The notes under the pieces were generated by a model, which saw only the letters and a program-made list of their open reading frames with translations, searched no databases and was not told the DNA's origin. Shown here piece after piece: positions 12,900 through 23,223 of a stretch of DNA of 64,000 bases. Source of the DNA: Escherichia coli (lineage in GTDB: Bacteria > Pseudomonadota > Gammaproteobacteria > Enterobacterales > Enterobacteriaceae); the NCBI RefSeq assembly GCF_044324875.1, contig NZ_CP172185.1, one strand, 5' to 3'. How positions within the stretch are numbered: the first letter of the stretch is position 1; the number at the start of each line of letters is the position of its first letter. The translations under genes were made by a program, and so were the position numbers.

Positions 12900-14138
12900 A
12901 TGGCTGACACTCGCCCTGAACGTCGCTTTACGCGCATTGATCGTCTCCCGCCCTACGTTTTTAATATTACCGCTGAACTGAAAATGGCTGCGCGTCGGCG
13001 CGGCGAAGATATTATCGATTTCAGTATGGGTAACCCGGACGGTGCGACTCCGCCGCATATCGTCGAAAAATTATGTACGGTGGCCCAGCGCCCGGACACG
13101 CATGGTTACTCCACGTCACGCGGCATTCCGCGGCTACGTCGCGCCATTTCCCGCTGGTATCAGGATCGCTACGACGTCGAGATCGACCCGGAATCAGAAG
13201 CCATCGTCACCATTGGTTCGAAAGAGGGACTGGCGCATCTGATGCTGGCGACGCTGGATCATGGTGACACTGTACTAGTGCCTAATCCAAGCTACCCGAT
13301 TCATATTTACGGCGCGGTGATTGCCGGGGCGCAGGTACGCTCAGTGCCGCTGGTGGAAGGTGTCGATTTCTTCAACGAACTGGAACGCGCCATTCGCGAA
13401 AGTTATCCGAAACCGAAGATGATGATCCTCGGCTTCCCGTCGAACCCAACCGCGCAATGCGTGGAACTGGAATTCTTTGAGAAGGTTGTGGCGCTGGCAA
13501 AACGCTACGATGTGCTGGTGGTCCATGACCTGGCCTATGCCGATATCGTCTACGATGGCTGGAAAGCGCCGTCAATCATGCAGGTGCCGGGCGCACGCGA
13601 CGTGGCGGTCGAGTTCTTTACCCTGTCGAAAAGTTACAACATGGCGGGCTGGCGTATCGGCTTTATGGTTGGCAACAAAACGCTGGTCAGCGCGTTGGCA
13701 CGTATTAAAAGCTATCACGATTACGGCACCTTTACGCCGTTGCAGGTGGCAGCGATTGCGGCGCTGGAGGGCGATCAACAGTGCGTGCGCGACATTGCTG
13801 AACAGTACAAACGCCGCCGTGATGTACTGGTAAAAGGGCTGCATGAAGCGGGCTGGATGGTCGAAATGCCGAAGGCTTCGATGTATGTCTGGGCGAAAAT
13901 CCCGGAACCGTATGCTGCCATGGGCTCGCTGGAATTTGCCAAGAAGCTGCTGAACGAAGCGAAGGTCTGTGTCTCTCCGGGGATTGGCTTTGGCGACTAC
14001 GGCGACACGCATGTTCGCTTTGCACTGATTGAAAACCGCGACCGTATTCGTCAGGCGATTCGTGGGATTAAAGCGATGTTCCGTGCCGATGGTTTACTAC
14101 CCGCCAGCAGCAAACATATTCACGAAAACGCGGAATAA
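12900..14138 (+). CDS. alaC: Glutamate-pyruvate aminotransferase AlaC (PLP-dependent class I aminotransferase)
   Basis: 412-aa ORF with aminotransferase PLP-lysine region ([15 protein letters not shown]); synteny. Confidence 0.9.
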   Translation: MADTRPERRFTRIDRLPPYVFNITAELKMAARRRGEDIIDFSMGNPDGATPPHIVEKLCTVAQRPDTHGYSTSRGIPRLRRAISRWYQDRYDVEIDPESEAIVTIGSKEGLAHLMLATLDHGDTVLVPNPSYPIHIYGAVIAGAQVRSVPLVEGVDFFNELERAIRESYPKPKMMILGFPSNPTAQCVELEFFEKVVALAKRYDVLVVHDLAYADIVYDGWKAPSIMQVPGARDVAVEFFTLSKSYNMAGWRIGFMVGNKTLVSALARIKSYHDYGTFTPLQVAAIAALEGDQQCVRDIAEQYKRRRDVLVKGLHEAGWMVEMPKASMYVWAKIPEPYAAMGSLEFAKKLLNEAKVCVSPGIGFGDYGDTHVRFALIENRDRIRQAIRGIKAMFRADGLLPASSKHIHENAE

Positions 14139-14157
14139 ACACCGACCTCAAAAATGC

Positions 14158-14186
14158 AAACAGGAGCCTGATGGCTCCTGTTTTTC
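14158..14186. terminator. Rho-independent terminator between convergent alaC and ypdK
   Basis: Stem aaacaggagcc/ggctcctgttt with 4-nt loop followed by T-run. Confidence 0.65.
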
Positions 14187-14202
14187 ATTGCACAGTTTGC
14201 TT

Positions 14203-14274
14203 TTAGATCATCAGGGCAAAAGTACCGGCCCAAACGATGACCATAAAAGAAATGCCCATAAAGAAATATTTCAC
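14203..14274 (-). CDS. ypdK: Small membrane protein YpdK (23 aa)
   Basis: Reverse complement reads VKYFFMGISFMVIVWAGTFALMI, matching recalled YpdK; start appears to be GTG in this sequence; not in ORF track because of small size. Confidence 0.6.
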   Translation of the reverse strand: MKYFFMGISFMVIVWAGTFALMI

Positions 14275-14629
14275 TTTACATCTCTCCGCGTAATTACTGT
14301 TACGCCTGAATGACTTCATTACACCTGATACAGTGAGTTGACACCGGGCAAAACGACCTTAAAAGTCCTGTATTTTACCGTGGGCATCACCCCAGAATTC
14401 TGAGCTAAACTGCTCCAGACGGCGCTAATGTACGCCTAAAACTGAAACGAGACAAGAGGCATTTTCTTATTTACTTTTAGTAACTTACAGGTGTCTCATA
14501 TCGGCGACAGTTTAATTTCTGACGGTAATAATTAGAGATTCAGCGAAGGAAAAAACCTTAAGAAAAAAGCCATAAAAACCATGAGGTTATTATGGCTGAT
14601 TTGAGGAGGGAAAGAGTAAGAGCAGTTTG

Positions 14630-15550
14630 TTAAATGTATAGCGACGATTCACCCACCGGGCGCGTTTTAAAGCGACGGTGGATCCAGAGGTACTGCTCCG
14701 GTGCGCGCATGATCTCTTTTTCGATAATCTTGTTCATATAGGCAGCGGCTTGATTTTCATCTGCCGGGTAGCCTTCCATCTCTGGGGTGATGTACAAACG
14801 ATATCCGCTGTAATCCGCTTTTCTTACCATCGTTACGGTTAACATGGCTGCGCCAGAGAGACGTGAAAGGACATACGTACCATTGGTTGTGGCGACATTT
14901 TCCACCGCAAAGAACGGCGCGAAGGAGCTGCCTTTACGACCATAATCCTGATCGGGAGCAAACCATACCGCTTCACCTTTCTTCAGTGCACCAACAATGC
15001 CGCGCAGATTATTTCTGCCGATCATCGCTTTGTTAGAGCGCATGCGCCCACGGGTCTGCACCCATTCCATCAGCTGATTATTATGTGGACGATAGGTAGC
15101 CATCATTGGTTGACACAGTCCCATCACGCGGCCGCCCAGCTCCAGCGACATAAAATGGACGCCGACAACCATTACGCCGCGATTTTGCATTTGTGCGCGT
15201 TTAAGGTTATCCAACCCTTCAACATCAAACCATTTACGTACGCGACTGTCGGGCCAGAACCACGCCATGCCGGTTTCTACCAGCGCCATGCCGAGTGAAC
15301 GAAAGTTTTCGGCAATCATCTTCTCGCGTTCTTCCGCAGAATGCTGTGGGAAACAAAGTTCCAGGTTTTTACGGGCGATAGATTCACGCCGTTTCAGGAA
15401 TGGTCGCGCCATTGCGCCAATACGCGTGCCGAGAAAGCAGAGAACAGGATAAGGAAGCTGTACCCAAAGCCAGAGTACACCAAGCCCAAACCATGTGAGC
15501 CAGTAGCGAGGATGTAGAAACTCGCGGGAAAATTTGCATTGTGGAAACAT
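14630..15550 (-). CDS. lpxP: Lipid A palmitoleoyltransferase (cold-induced)
   Basis: Internal start MFPQCKFSREFLHPRYWLTWFG gives ~306 aa matching LpxP; track ORF extends to 15616 with a non-native 5' extension. Confidence 0.9.
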   Translation of the reverse strand: MFPQCKFSREFLHPRYWLTWFGLGVLWLWVQLPYPVLCFLGTRIGAMARPFLKRRESIARKNLELCFPQHSAEEREKMIAENFRSLGMALVETGMAWFWPDSRVRKWFDVEGLDNLKRAQMQNRGVMVVGVHFMSLELGGRVMGLCQPMMATYRPHNNQLMEWVQTRGRMRSNKAMIGRNNLRGIVGALKKGEAVWFAPDQDYGRKGSSFAPFFAVENVATTNGTYVLSRLSGAAMLTVTMVRKADYSGYRLYITPEMEGYPADENQAAAYMNKIIEKEIMRAPEQYLWIHRRFKTRPVGESSLYI

Positions 15551-15902
15551 AGTTACCTTCTGTAGATACGAATTGTTGTATCGCAGAAGATTCCATGTCG
15601 ACAGCGGTACACTCAATTGGTTGGGCCATCATGTACGACAATGGTTCCTGTAAAGAGTGTAAAGACTAGTCAGGACATAACCACGAGGAGCATGAATGCG
15701 GTGGCTCTACTTTATCACTGGCTGACTGCTTTCAGCTACTGATTATTAATCGTGCAAAGTAAAAAGTTTTCCCCACGCAATAGTGTTGCATTTAAGGTGC
15801 TGTTTTCATTGATGCTTAGCAAAAATTGCCAGAGGTTAAGGATTGTCTTACTATTAAAGTGACTGAAGTTACAGGTTTTTTAGCGCGGCAGGAGGTTGAG
15901 CT

Positions 15903-16145
15903 ATGATTTATTTATGGATGTTTCTCGCCCTGTGTATTGTCTGCGTAAGCGGCTACATTGGTCAGGTCCTGAACGTGGTATCGGCGGTCTCTTCTTTCTT
16001 CGGCATGGTGATCCTCGCTGCACTCATTTATTACTTCACCATGTGGTTAACTAGCGGTAATGAACTGGTGACGGGGATATTTATGTTTCTTGCCCCGGCT
16101 TGTGGCTTGATGATTCGCTTTATGGTGGGGTATGGCAGGCGGTAG
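15903..16145 (+). CDS. yfdY: Small inner-membrane protein YfdY
   Basis: 80-aa hydrophobic ORF; position between lpxP and ypdI as in K-12. Confidence 0.75.
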   Translation: MIYLWMFLALCIVCVSGYIGQVLNVVSAVSSFFGMVILAALIYYFTMWLTSGNELVTGIFMFLAPACGLMIRFMVGYGRR

Positions 16146-16221
16146 TGGGTCAGGATGGTTCATTTGGGCAGGTGCTCACATCATCAACAGACATGATTGT
16201 TCACCTGCCATGTGACAGACG

Positions 16222-16497
16222 CTATCGCACAGGATGAATAAGATAATTCGCCTTTGTCGAAAAAGGGGGCGTAATGTCTTCTGTGAGATTTAATGGTGGC
16301 GCATCTTCTCTCAACTTAAACAAAATCGCCTGTGATGGCTGAAGTTTTGTAGAATGAGTTGTCGTCATCACTGACGTTTTCTCTGTCTCTTTATAGCTCG
16401 TCTCACTTCCACCACCGGAAATGGAAAATGCAAAAACATTGCATGCCATAATAGAGACCAATAAAAATAAGCTAAAAAGCATTAAGTTTACTTTCAT
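16222..16497 (-). CDS. ypdI: Putative lipoprotein YpdI
   Basis: 91-aa ORF with signal peptide and lipobox-like ...SIMAC; synteny. Confidence 0.75.
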   Translation of the reverse strand: MKVNLMLFSLFLLVSIMACNVFAFSISGGGSETSYKETEKTSVMTTTHSTKLQPSQAILFKLREDAPPLNLTEDITPPFSTKANYLIHPVR

Positions 16498-16639
16498 AGA
16501 AAGTTATCCTGAATATGGTTCACTGAGAACTTACGATGTTATGGCTGTATTTACATTTAATTAATCAGTATTTACATCGATATAATAAATGACATCTCTT
16601 TGTGGTATATAAGAATAGTTCTCTGCGACAGGAAGCATA

Positions 16640-16657
16640 TTCCTACAATTGTAAGAC
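16640..16657. promoter_or_regulatory. EvgA-box-like inverted repeat upstream of yfdX
   Basis: ttcctacaATtgtaagac matches the recalled EvgA consensus TTCYTACA-N2-TGTARGAA. Confidence 0.55.
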
Positions 16658-16792
16658 TAAAATACTTCTTGCGATAATAACTACAGCTGTAAGATAACCC
16701 TTTCAAAATGACCGTTGCTCTCTGATTTCTCATTTCATGCTCACCCAATATGATGGCGGCGTTTTCTAAAACTGTTAAAGAATGAGGTAAGT

Positions 16793-17425
16793 ATGAAACG
16801 TTTAATTATGGCTACGATGGTCACAGCAATTCTGGCATCTTCAACTGTATGGGCGGCTGATAATGCACCGGTAGCGGCACAACAGCAAACTCAGCAAGTT
16901 CAGCAAACCCAGAAAACGGCAGCAGCAGAGCGTATCTCTGAACAAGGTTTATATGCGATGCGTGACGTGCAGGTAGCGCGCCTGGCTCTGTTTCATGGCG
17001 ATCCGGAAAAGGCAAAAGAACTGACCAATGAAGCTTCAGCTTTGTTGTCAGATGACAGTACCGAATGGGCAAAGTTCGCTAAGCCAGGTAAAAAGACCAA
17101 TGTCAATGATGACCAATATATTGTCATTAATGCATCTGTCGGAATTTCTGAGAGTTATGTAGCTACACCCGAAAAAGAAGCCGCGATAAAAATTGCCAAC
17201 GAAAAAATGGCGAAAGGGGATAAAAAGGGCGCAATGGAAGAGCTGCGCCTGGCCGGTGTTGGCGTAATGGAAAACCAATATCTGATGCCGCTCAAACAGA
17301 CTCGTAATGCACTTGCTGATGCGCAGAAACTGCTTGATAAAAAGCAATACTACGAGGCAAACCTGGCGCTTAAAGGTGCGGAAGATGGAATCATCGTCGA
17401 TAGCGAAGCACTGTTTGTGAACTAA
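16793..17425 (+). CDS. yfdX: Periplasmic protein YfdX (EvgA regulon)
   Basis: 210-aa ORF with signal peptide; synteny upstream of frc. Confidence 0.85.
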   Translation: MKRLIMATMVTAILASSTVWAADNAPVAAQQQTQQVQQTQKTAAAERISEQGLYAMRDVQVARLALFHGDPEKAKELTNEASALLSDDSTEWAKFAKPGKKTNVNDDQYIVINASVGISESYVATPEKEAAIKIANEKMAKGDKKGAMEELRLAGVGVMENQYLMPLKQTRNALADAQKLLDKKQYYEANLALKGAEDGIIVDSEALFVN

Positions 17426-17668
17426 CGCTGACAGGCAGTATATTGAGGTAAAGGATTTAACTCCCTCCAGCCGACAATTTTTTATGACCACAATACGACA
17501 GGTTGTGGTCATAAAATTATTTGGCGCTCGCGGTTCTATAAACTCGCATTTTATCTTCCTCAAAGTAAACCGCAATAATCCCGTGTCATCACAAATCATT
17601 TATTATGTTATGTTTTATGGTACGCTTTAAAAAGCGTAATCATACCCTTACTTGTAAATCACCGGCGC

Positions 17669-17686
17669 TTCTTACAGTTGTAAGAA
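17669..17686. promoter_or_regulatory. EvgA box upstream of frc
   Basis: Perfect ttcttacaGTtgtaagaa inverted repeat about 250 bp upstream of the frc start. Confidence 0.6.
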
Positions 17687-17936
17687 TAACATCACAAATG
17701 TCGCGGCTCTCTCTGATTACCGCGAACCAATATTTATCATATTCTTCTTTTCGTCCTCACTACTTACCATGCAGAAAGGAATTGGAAGTAGCGATGAAAT
17801 GATTTTCAGTACTTGATACAGGAATTTAAAAATATCGAGTGCAGCTACGACGATATTTTGCGGATTATTTATAGAGGCGTTATGTCTTAAATAAACGCTA
17901 AATTAACACATATTTAATTAACTAATAGGTATTGCT

Positions 17937-19187
17937 ATGTCAACTCCACTTCAAGGAATTAAAGTTCTCGATTTCACCGGTGTGCAATCTGGCCCATCTT
18001 GTACTCAAATGCTGGCCTGGTTTGGCGCTGACGTCATTAAAATTGAACGTCCCGGCGTTGGTGACGTAACGCGTCACCAGCTGCGAGATATTCCTGATAT
18101 CGATGCGCTTTACTTCACCATGCTTAACAGTAACAAACGTTCTATTGAATTAAATACCAAAACAGCGGAAGGCAAAGAGGTAATGGAAAAGCTGATCCGC
18201 GAAGCTGATATCTTAGTCGAGAACTTTCATCCAGGGGCCATTGATCACATGGGCTTCACCTGGGAGCATATTCAAGAAATCAATCCACGTCTGATTTTTG
18301 GTTCGATCAAAGGGTTTGATGAGTGTTCGCCTTATGTGAATGTAAAAGCCTATGAAAACGTTGCTCAGGCAGCGGGTGGCGCGGCATCCACTACGGGTTT
18401 TTGGGACGGTCCGCCGCTGGTAAGCGCTGCAGCGTTGGGTGACAGCAACACCGGAATGCATTTACTGATCGGTTTACTTGCTGCTTTGCTGCATCGCGAA
18501 AAAACGGGGCGTGGGCAACGAGTCACCATGTCAATGCAGGATGCCGTATTGAACCTTTGCCGCGTGAAATTACGCGACCAGCAGCGTCTCGATAAATTGG
18601 GTTATCTGGAAGAATACCCGCAGTATCCGAATGGCACATTTGGTGATGCAGTTCCCCGCGGAGGTAATGCGGGTGGTGGCGGTCAGCCTGGCTGGATCCT
18701 GAAATGTAAAGGCTGGGAAACCGATCCTAACGCCTATATTTATTTCACTATTCAGGAGCAAAACTGGGAAAACACCTGTAAAGCCATCGGCAAACCAGAT
18801 TGGATTACCGATCCGGCATACAGTACAGCCCATGCCCGACAGCCACATATTTTCGATATTTTTGCTGAAATCGAAAAATACACTGTCACTATTGATAAAC
18901 ATGAAGCGGTGGCCTATTTGACTCAGTTTGATATTCCTTGTGCACCGGTTTTAAGTATGAAAGAAATTTCACTTGATCCCTCTTTGCGCCAAAGTGGCAG
19001 TGTTGTTGAAGTGGAACAACCGTTGCGTGGAAAATATCTGACAGTTGGTTGTCCAATGAAATTCTCTGCCTTTACGCCGGATATTAAAGCTGCGCCGCTA
19101 TTAGGTGAACATACCGCTGCTGTATTGCAGGAGCTGGGTTATAGCGACGATGAAATTGCTGCAATGAAGCAAAACCACGCCATCTGA
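17937..19187 (+). CDS. frc: Formyl-CoA:oxalate CoA-transferase
   Basis: 416-aa family III CoA-transferase ORF; synteny with oxc. Confidence 0.92.
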   Translation: MSTPLQGIKVLDFTGVQSGPSCTQMLAWFGADVIKIERPGVGDVTRHQLRDIPDIDALYFTMLNSNKRSIELNTKTAEGKEVMEKLIREADILVENFHPGAIDHMGFTWEHIQEINPRLIFGSIKGFDECSPYVNVKAYENVAQAAGGAASTTGFWDGPPLVSAAALGDSNTGMHLLIGLLAALLHREKTGRGQRVTMSMQDAVLNLCRVKLRDQQRLDKLGYLEEYPQYPNGTFGDAVPRGGNAGGGGQPGWILKCKGWETDPNAYIYFTIQEQNWENTCKAIGKPDWITDPAYSTAHARQPHIFDIFAEIEKYTVTIDKHEAVAYLTQFDIPCAPVLSMKEISLDPSLRQSGSVVEVEQPLRGKYLTVGCPMKFSAFTPDIKAAPLLGEHTAAVLQELGYSDDEIAAMKQNHAI

Positions 19188-19240
19188 TATTAACGGGGGC
19201 TTCTGGCTCCCAATTTATAAAAATTTCGAGGTTATTAATC

Positions 19241-20935
19241 ATGTCAGATCAACTTCAAATGACAGATGGTATGCATATCATCGTTGAAGCATTAAAACAG
19301 AATAATATTGACACTATTTATGGTGTTGTAGGTATTCCTGTGACGGATATGGCACGCCATGCCCAGGCGGAAGGCATTCGTTATATTGGTTTTCGTCATG
19401 AGCAGTCGGCAGGCTATGCCGCTGCGGCAAGCGGTTTTCTTACCCAAAAACCAGGGATCTGCCTGACAGTGTCTGCGCCAGGATTCCTCAATGGTTTGAC
19501 CGCATTGGCCAACGCAACGGTAAATGGTTTTCCGATGATCATGATTAGCGGCTCCAGCGACCGCGCGATCGTCGACCTACAGCAAGGTGATTATGAAGAG
19601 CTGGACCAAATGAATGCGGCAAAACCGTATGCCAAAGCAGCATTTCGCGTTAATCAGCCGCAGGATCTTGGCATTGCATTGGCACGCGCTATCCGGGTCT
19701 CAGTATCGGGTCGCCCTGGCGGAGTTTATCTTGATTTGCCTGCAAATGTCCTGGCCGCGACGATGGAAAAAGACGAAGCGTTAACCACGATTGTAAAAGT
19801 TGAAAATCCGTCGCCAGCATTATTGCCATGCCCGAAGTCAGTCGCTAGCGCAATTTCGCTTTTAGCAAAAGCTGAACGACCATTAGTTATCCTTGGCAAA
19901 GGCGCGGCGTATTCACAAGCGGATGAACAGCTTCGTGAATTTATTGAAAGTGCCCAGATTCCATTCCTGCCAATGTCTATGGCGAAAGGGATCCTCGAAG
20001 ATACACATCCACTTTCTGCGGCAACTGCGCGTTCGTTTGCCCTGGCAAATGCTGACGTTGTCATGCTTGTTGGTGCACGACTGAATTGGTTACTGGCACA
20101 CGGTAAAAAAGGATGGGCGGCAGATACACAGTTTATTCAACTGGATATTGAACCGCAGGAAATTGACAGCAACCGCCCCATTGCTGTGCCAGTCGTTGGC
20201 GATATTGCATCCAGTATGCAAGGTATGCTGGCAGAACTGAAACAAAACACATTTACGACTCCACTGGTATGGCGCGATATTTTAAATATCCACAAGCAGC
20301 AAAATGCACAAAAAATGCATGAAAAATTAAGTACAGATACTCAACCATTAAATTACTTTAATGCATTAAGTGCTGTGCGCGATGTATTGCGCGAGAACCA
20401 GGATATTTATTTAGTTAATGAAGGTGCAAATACCCTGGATAATGCACGAAATATTATTGATATGTATAAACCACGTCGCCGTCTGGATTGTGGTACCTGG
20501 GGTGTCATGGGCATCGGTATGGGCTATGCCATCGGTGCTAGCGTGACCTCTGGTTCTCCGGTTGTCGCCATTGAAGGTGATAGTGCTTTTGGTTTCAGTG
20601 GGATGGAGATTGAAACGATTTGTCGATATAACCTGCCGGTGACGATCGTTATTTTTAATAATGGCGGCATCTACAGAGGAGACGGTGTTGATCTCAGTGG
20701 CGCTGGTGCACCATCACCAACAGATCTATTGCACCATGCAAGGTATGACAAATTAATGGATGCGTTTCGTGGCGTTGGCTATAACGTCACTACGACAGAT
20801 GAACTTCGTCATGCTTTAACCACCGGTATTCAGTCGCGCAAACCGACCATTATTAATGTGGTCATCGACCCTGCAGCAGGAACTGAAAGTGGCCATATTA
20901 CCAAACTTAACCCAAAACAAGTCGCTGGTAATTAA
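19241..20935 (+). CDS. oxc: Oxalyl-CoA decarboxylase (ThDP-dependent)
   Basis: 564-aa ORF with ThDP-binding motif (GDSAFGFSGME...NNGGIY). Confidence 0.92.
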   Translation: MSDQLQMTDGMHIIVEALKQNNIDTIYGVVGIPVTDMARHAQAEGIRYIGFRHEQSAGYAAAASGFLTQKPGICLTVSAPGFLNGLTALANATVNGFPMIMISGSSDRAIVDLQQGDYEELDQMNAAKPYAKAAFRVNQPQDLGIALARAIRVSVSGRPGGVYLDLPANVLAATMEKDEALTTIVKVENPSPALLPCPKSVASAISLLAKAERPLVILGKGAAYSQADEQLREFIESAQIPFLPMSMAKGILEDTHPLSAATARSFALANADVVMLVGARLNWLLAHGKKGWAADTQFIQLDIEPQEIDSNRPIAVPVVGDIASSMQGMLAELKQNTFTTPLVWRDILNIHKQQNAQKMHEKLSTDTQPLNYFNALSAVRDVLRENQDIYLVNEGANTLDNARNIIDMYKPRRRLDCGTWGVMGIGMGYAIGASVTSGSPVVAIEGDSAFGFSGMEIETICRYNLPVTIVIFNNGGIYRGDGVDLSGAGAPSPTDLLHHARYDKLMDAFRGVGYNVTTTDELRHALTTGIQSRKPTIINVVIDPAAGTESGHITKLNPKQVAGN

Positions 20936-21004
20936 ATACTGACATCGTCTCCTCTTGCCAACTCATTATGCGATGGTGAGGGGACCCTTATCGGAAATAC
21001 TATT

Positions 21005-21949
21005 ATGCTAACATTTTTTATTGGCGATTTATTGCCTATTATCGTAATCATGCTGTTGGGTTATTTTAGCGGCAGACGAGAAACTTTTTCAGAAGATCAA
21101 GCCCGGGCATTTAATAAACTGGTATTAAACTACGCTCTTCCTGCGGCTCTATTTGTATCTATTACCCGGGCAAACAGGGAAATGATTTTTGCGGACACTC
21201 GTCTGACCCTTGTATCACTTGTGGTTATTGTCGGATGTTTCTTTTTCTCCTGGTTCGGTTGCTACAAATTTTTTAAACGTACTCATGCAGAAGCAGCAGT
21301 ATGTGCATTAATTGCAGGTTCACCTACCATTGGATTCCTGGGATTTGCAGTTCTCGATCCTATTTATGGTGATTCCGTATCAACAGGTTTAGTGGTAGCA
21401 ATTATTTCAATTATCGTTAACGCAATTACTATTCCTATTGGTCTGTATTTGCTGAATCCCTCCTCAGGAGCGGATGGTAAGAAGAATAGTAATCTGAGCG
21501 CATTAATTTCTGCGGCAAAGGAGCCAGTAGTATGGGCACCTGTTCTGGCAACGATCCTGGTGTTGGTTGGGGTAAAAATTCCGGCAGCATGGGACCCAAC
21601 CTTTAATCTGATTGCGAAGGCTAACTCAGGGGTAGCGGTATTCGCTGCGGGGTTGACTCTGGCTGCACATAAATTCGAGTTCAGTGCCGAAATTGCTTAT
21701 AACACCTTCCTGAAGCTAATTCTGATGCCACTGGCGCTGCTTCTCGTTGGTATGGCATGTCATTTGAACAGCGAACATTTGCAGATGATGGTACTGGCAG
21801 GCGCCTTACCGCCGGCATTCTCCGGAATCATTATTGCCAGCCGGTTTAATGTCTACACCCGCACTGGTACAGCGTCACTGGCTGTGAGCGTACTGGGCTT
21901 TGTCGTCACGGCTCCTTTGTGGATTTATGTCAGTCGACTGGTTTCATAA
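21005..21949 (+). CDS. yfdV: AEC-family membrane transporter YfdV
   Basis: 314-aa polytopic membrane ORF; synteny. Confidence 0.85.
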
Positions 21950-21977
21950 TTAATCATGTTATTGATTTTACATAAAT

Positions 21978-22008
21978 GCCGAAGTGTCTTTTCACCTTCG
22001 GCTTTTTT
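21978..22008 (+). terminator. Rho-independent terminator after yfdV
   Basis: gccgaag...cttcggc hairpin followed by tttttt; lies inside the 5' extension of the track ORF for yfdE, supporting the internal yfdE start. Confidence 0.6.
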
Positions 22009-22022
22009 CAAGGCATAAGCAA

Positions 22023-23168
22023 ATGACAAATAATGAATGCAAAGGGCCGTTTGAAGGCTTATTAGTTATCGATATGACACATGTCCTTAATGGACCTTTC
22101 GGAACTCAACTTCTTTGTAATATGGGCGCAAGGGTAATTAAAGTTGAGCCGCCGGGTCATGGTGATGATACCCGCACATTTGGTCCCTATGTGGATGGAC
22201 AGTCACTCTATTACAGTTTTATTAATCATGGCAAAGAGAGTGTGGTTCTTGATTTAAAGAATGATCACGATAAAAGTATATTTATAAATATGCTTAAACA
22301 AGCTGATGTATTAGCTGAGAATTTTCGCCCAGGTACAATGGAAAAACTGGGGTTTTCATGGGAAACGCTACAAGAAATCAACCCGCGTCTCATCTATGCT
22401 TCATCGTCAGGTTTTGGGCATACCGGCCCGCTAAAAGATGCTCCAGCCTACGATACCATCATTCAGGCAATGAGCGGGATAATGATGGAAACAGGGTACC
22501 CTGATGCTCCGCCAGTGCGCGTGGGTACCTCTCTTGCGGATTTATGTGGCGGTGTCTATTTATTCAGTGGAATAGTGAGTGCACTTTATGGCCGCGAAAA
22601 GAGCCAGAGAGGGGCGCATGTCGATATAGCGATGTTTGATGCCACGCTGAGTTTTCTGGAGCATGGTCTGATGGCATATATTGCGACAGGGAAGTCACCA
22701 CAACGTCTGGGAAATCGCCATCCCTACATGGCACCTTTTGATGTTTTTGATACTCAGGATAAGCCGATTACTATTTGTTGTGGTAATGACAAGCTTTTTT
22801 CTGCGTTATGCCAGGCACTGGATCTGACGGAGCTGGTTGATGATCCCCGATTTATCAGCAATATTTTACGCGTACAAAACCAGGCTATTCTTAAACAATA
22901 TATTGAGCGAACGTTAAAAACGCAGGCAGCTGAAGTTTGGTTAGCCAAAATACATGAAGTTGGTGTGCCCGTCGCGCCGTTATTAAGTGTGGCTGAGGCC
23001 ATTAATTTGCCACAAACTCAGGCGAGAAATATGTTGATTGAAGCCGGAGGAATAATGATGCCAGGTAATCCGATAAAAATCAGCGGCTGCGCGGACCCGC
23101 ATGTTATGCCGGGAGCGGCAACGCTCGACCAGCATGGGGAACAAATTCGCCAGGAGTTCTCATCATAA
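22023..23168 (+). CDS. yfdE: Acetyl-CoA:oxalate CoA-transferase (family III)
   Basis: Internal start MTNNECKGPFEGLLVIDMTHVLNGPFG (~381 aa); paralogous to Frc; synteny. Confidence 0.88.
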   Translation: MTNNECKGPFEGLLVIDMTHVLNGPFGTQLLCNMGARVIKVEPPGHGDDTRTFGPYVDGQSLYYSFINHGKESVVLDLKNDHDKSIFINMLKQADVLAENFRPGTMEKLGFSWETLQEINPRLIYASSSGFGHTGPLKDAPAYDTIIQAMSGIMMETGYPDAPPVRVGTSLADLCGGVYLFSGIVSALYGREKSQRGAHVDIAMFDATLSFLEHGLMAYIATGKSPQRLGNRHPYMAPFDVFDTQDKPITICCGNDKLFSALCQALDLTELVDDPRFISNILRVQNQAILKQYIERTLKTQAAEVWLAKIHEVGVPVAPLLSVAEAINLPQTQARNMLIEAGGIMMPGNPIKISGCADPHVMPGAATLDQHGEQIRQEFSS

Positions 23169-23190
23169 ATGTAAGATGTGCTGGTAAATA

Positions 23191-23217
23191 GCTCCCACAT
23201 TTGAATATTGTGGGAGC
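23191..23217. terminator. Hairpin between convergent yfdE and evgS (possible bidirectional terminator)
   Basis: gctcccaca/tgtgggagc 9-bp stem with 9-nt loop. Confidence 0.4.
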
Positions 23218-23223
23218 CGCTAT

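Noticed and set aside
14278-14280. Alternative ATG start for ypdK
   Set aside because: An in-frame stop follows immediately; the only reading that yields the YpdK peptide starts at a GTG about 14272-14274, so the call is kept at moderate confidence.
15551-15616. 5' extensions of track ORFs (lpxP to 15616; similarly fryB from 2902, yfdE from 21984, P4-type integrase to 61943, IstB to 51343, IstA to 52763)
   Set aside because: Internal Met starts give the known protein N-termini or have better RBS; several extensions begin at TTG or run through upstream terminators.
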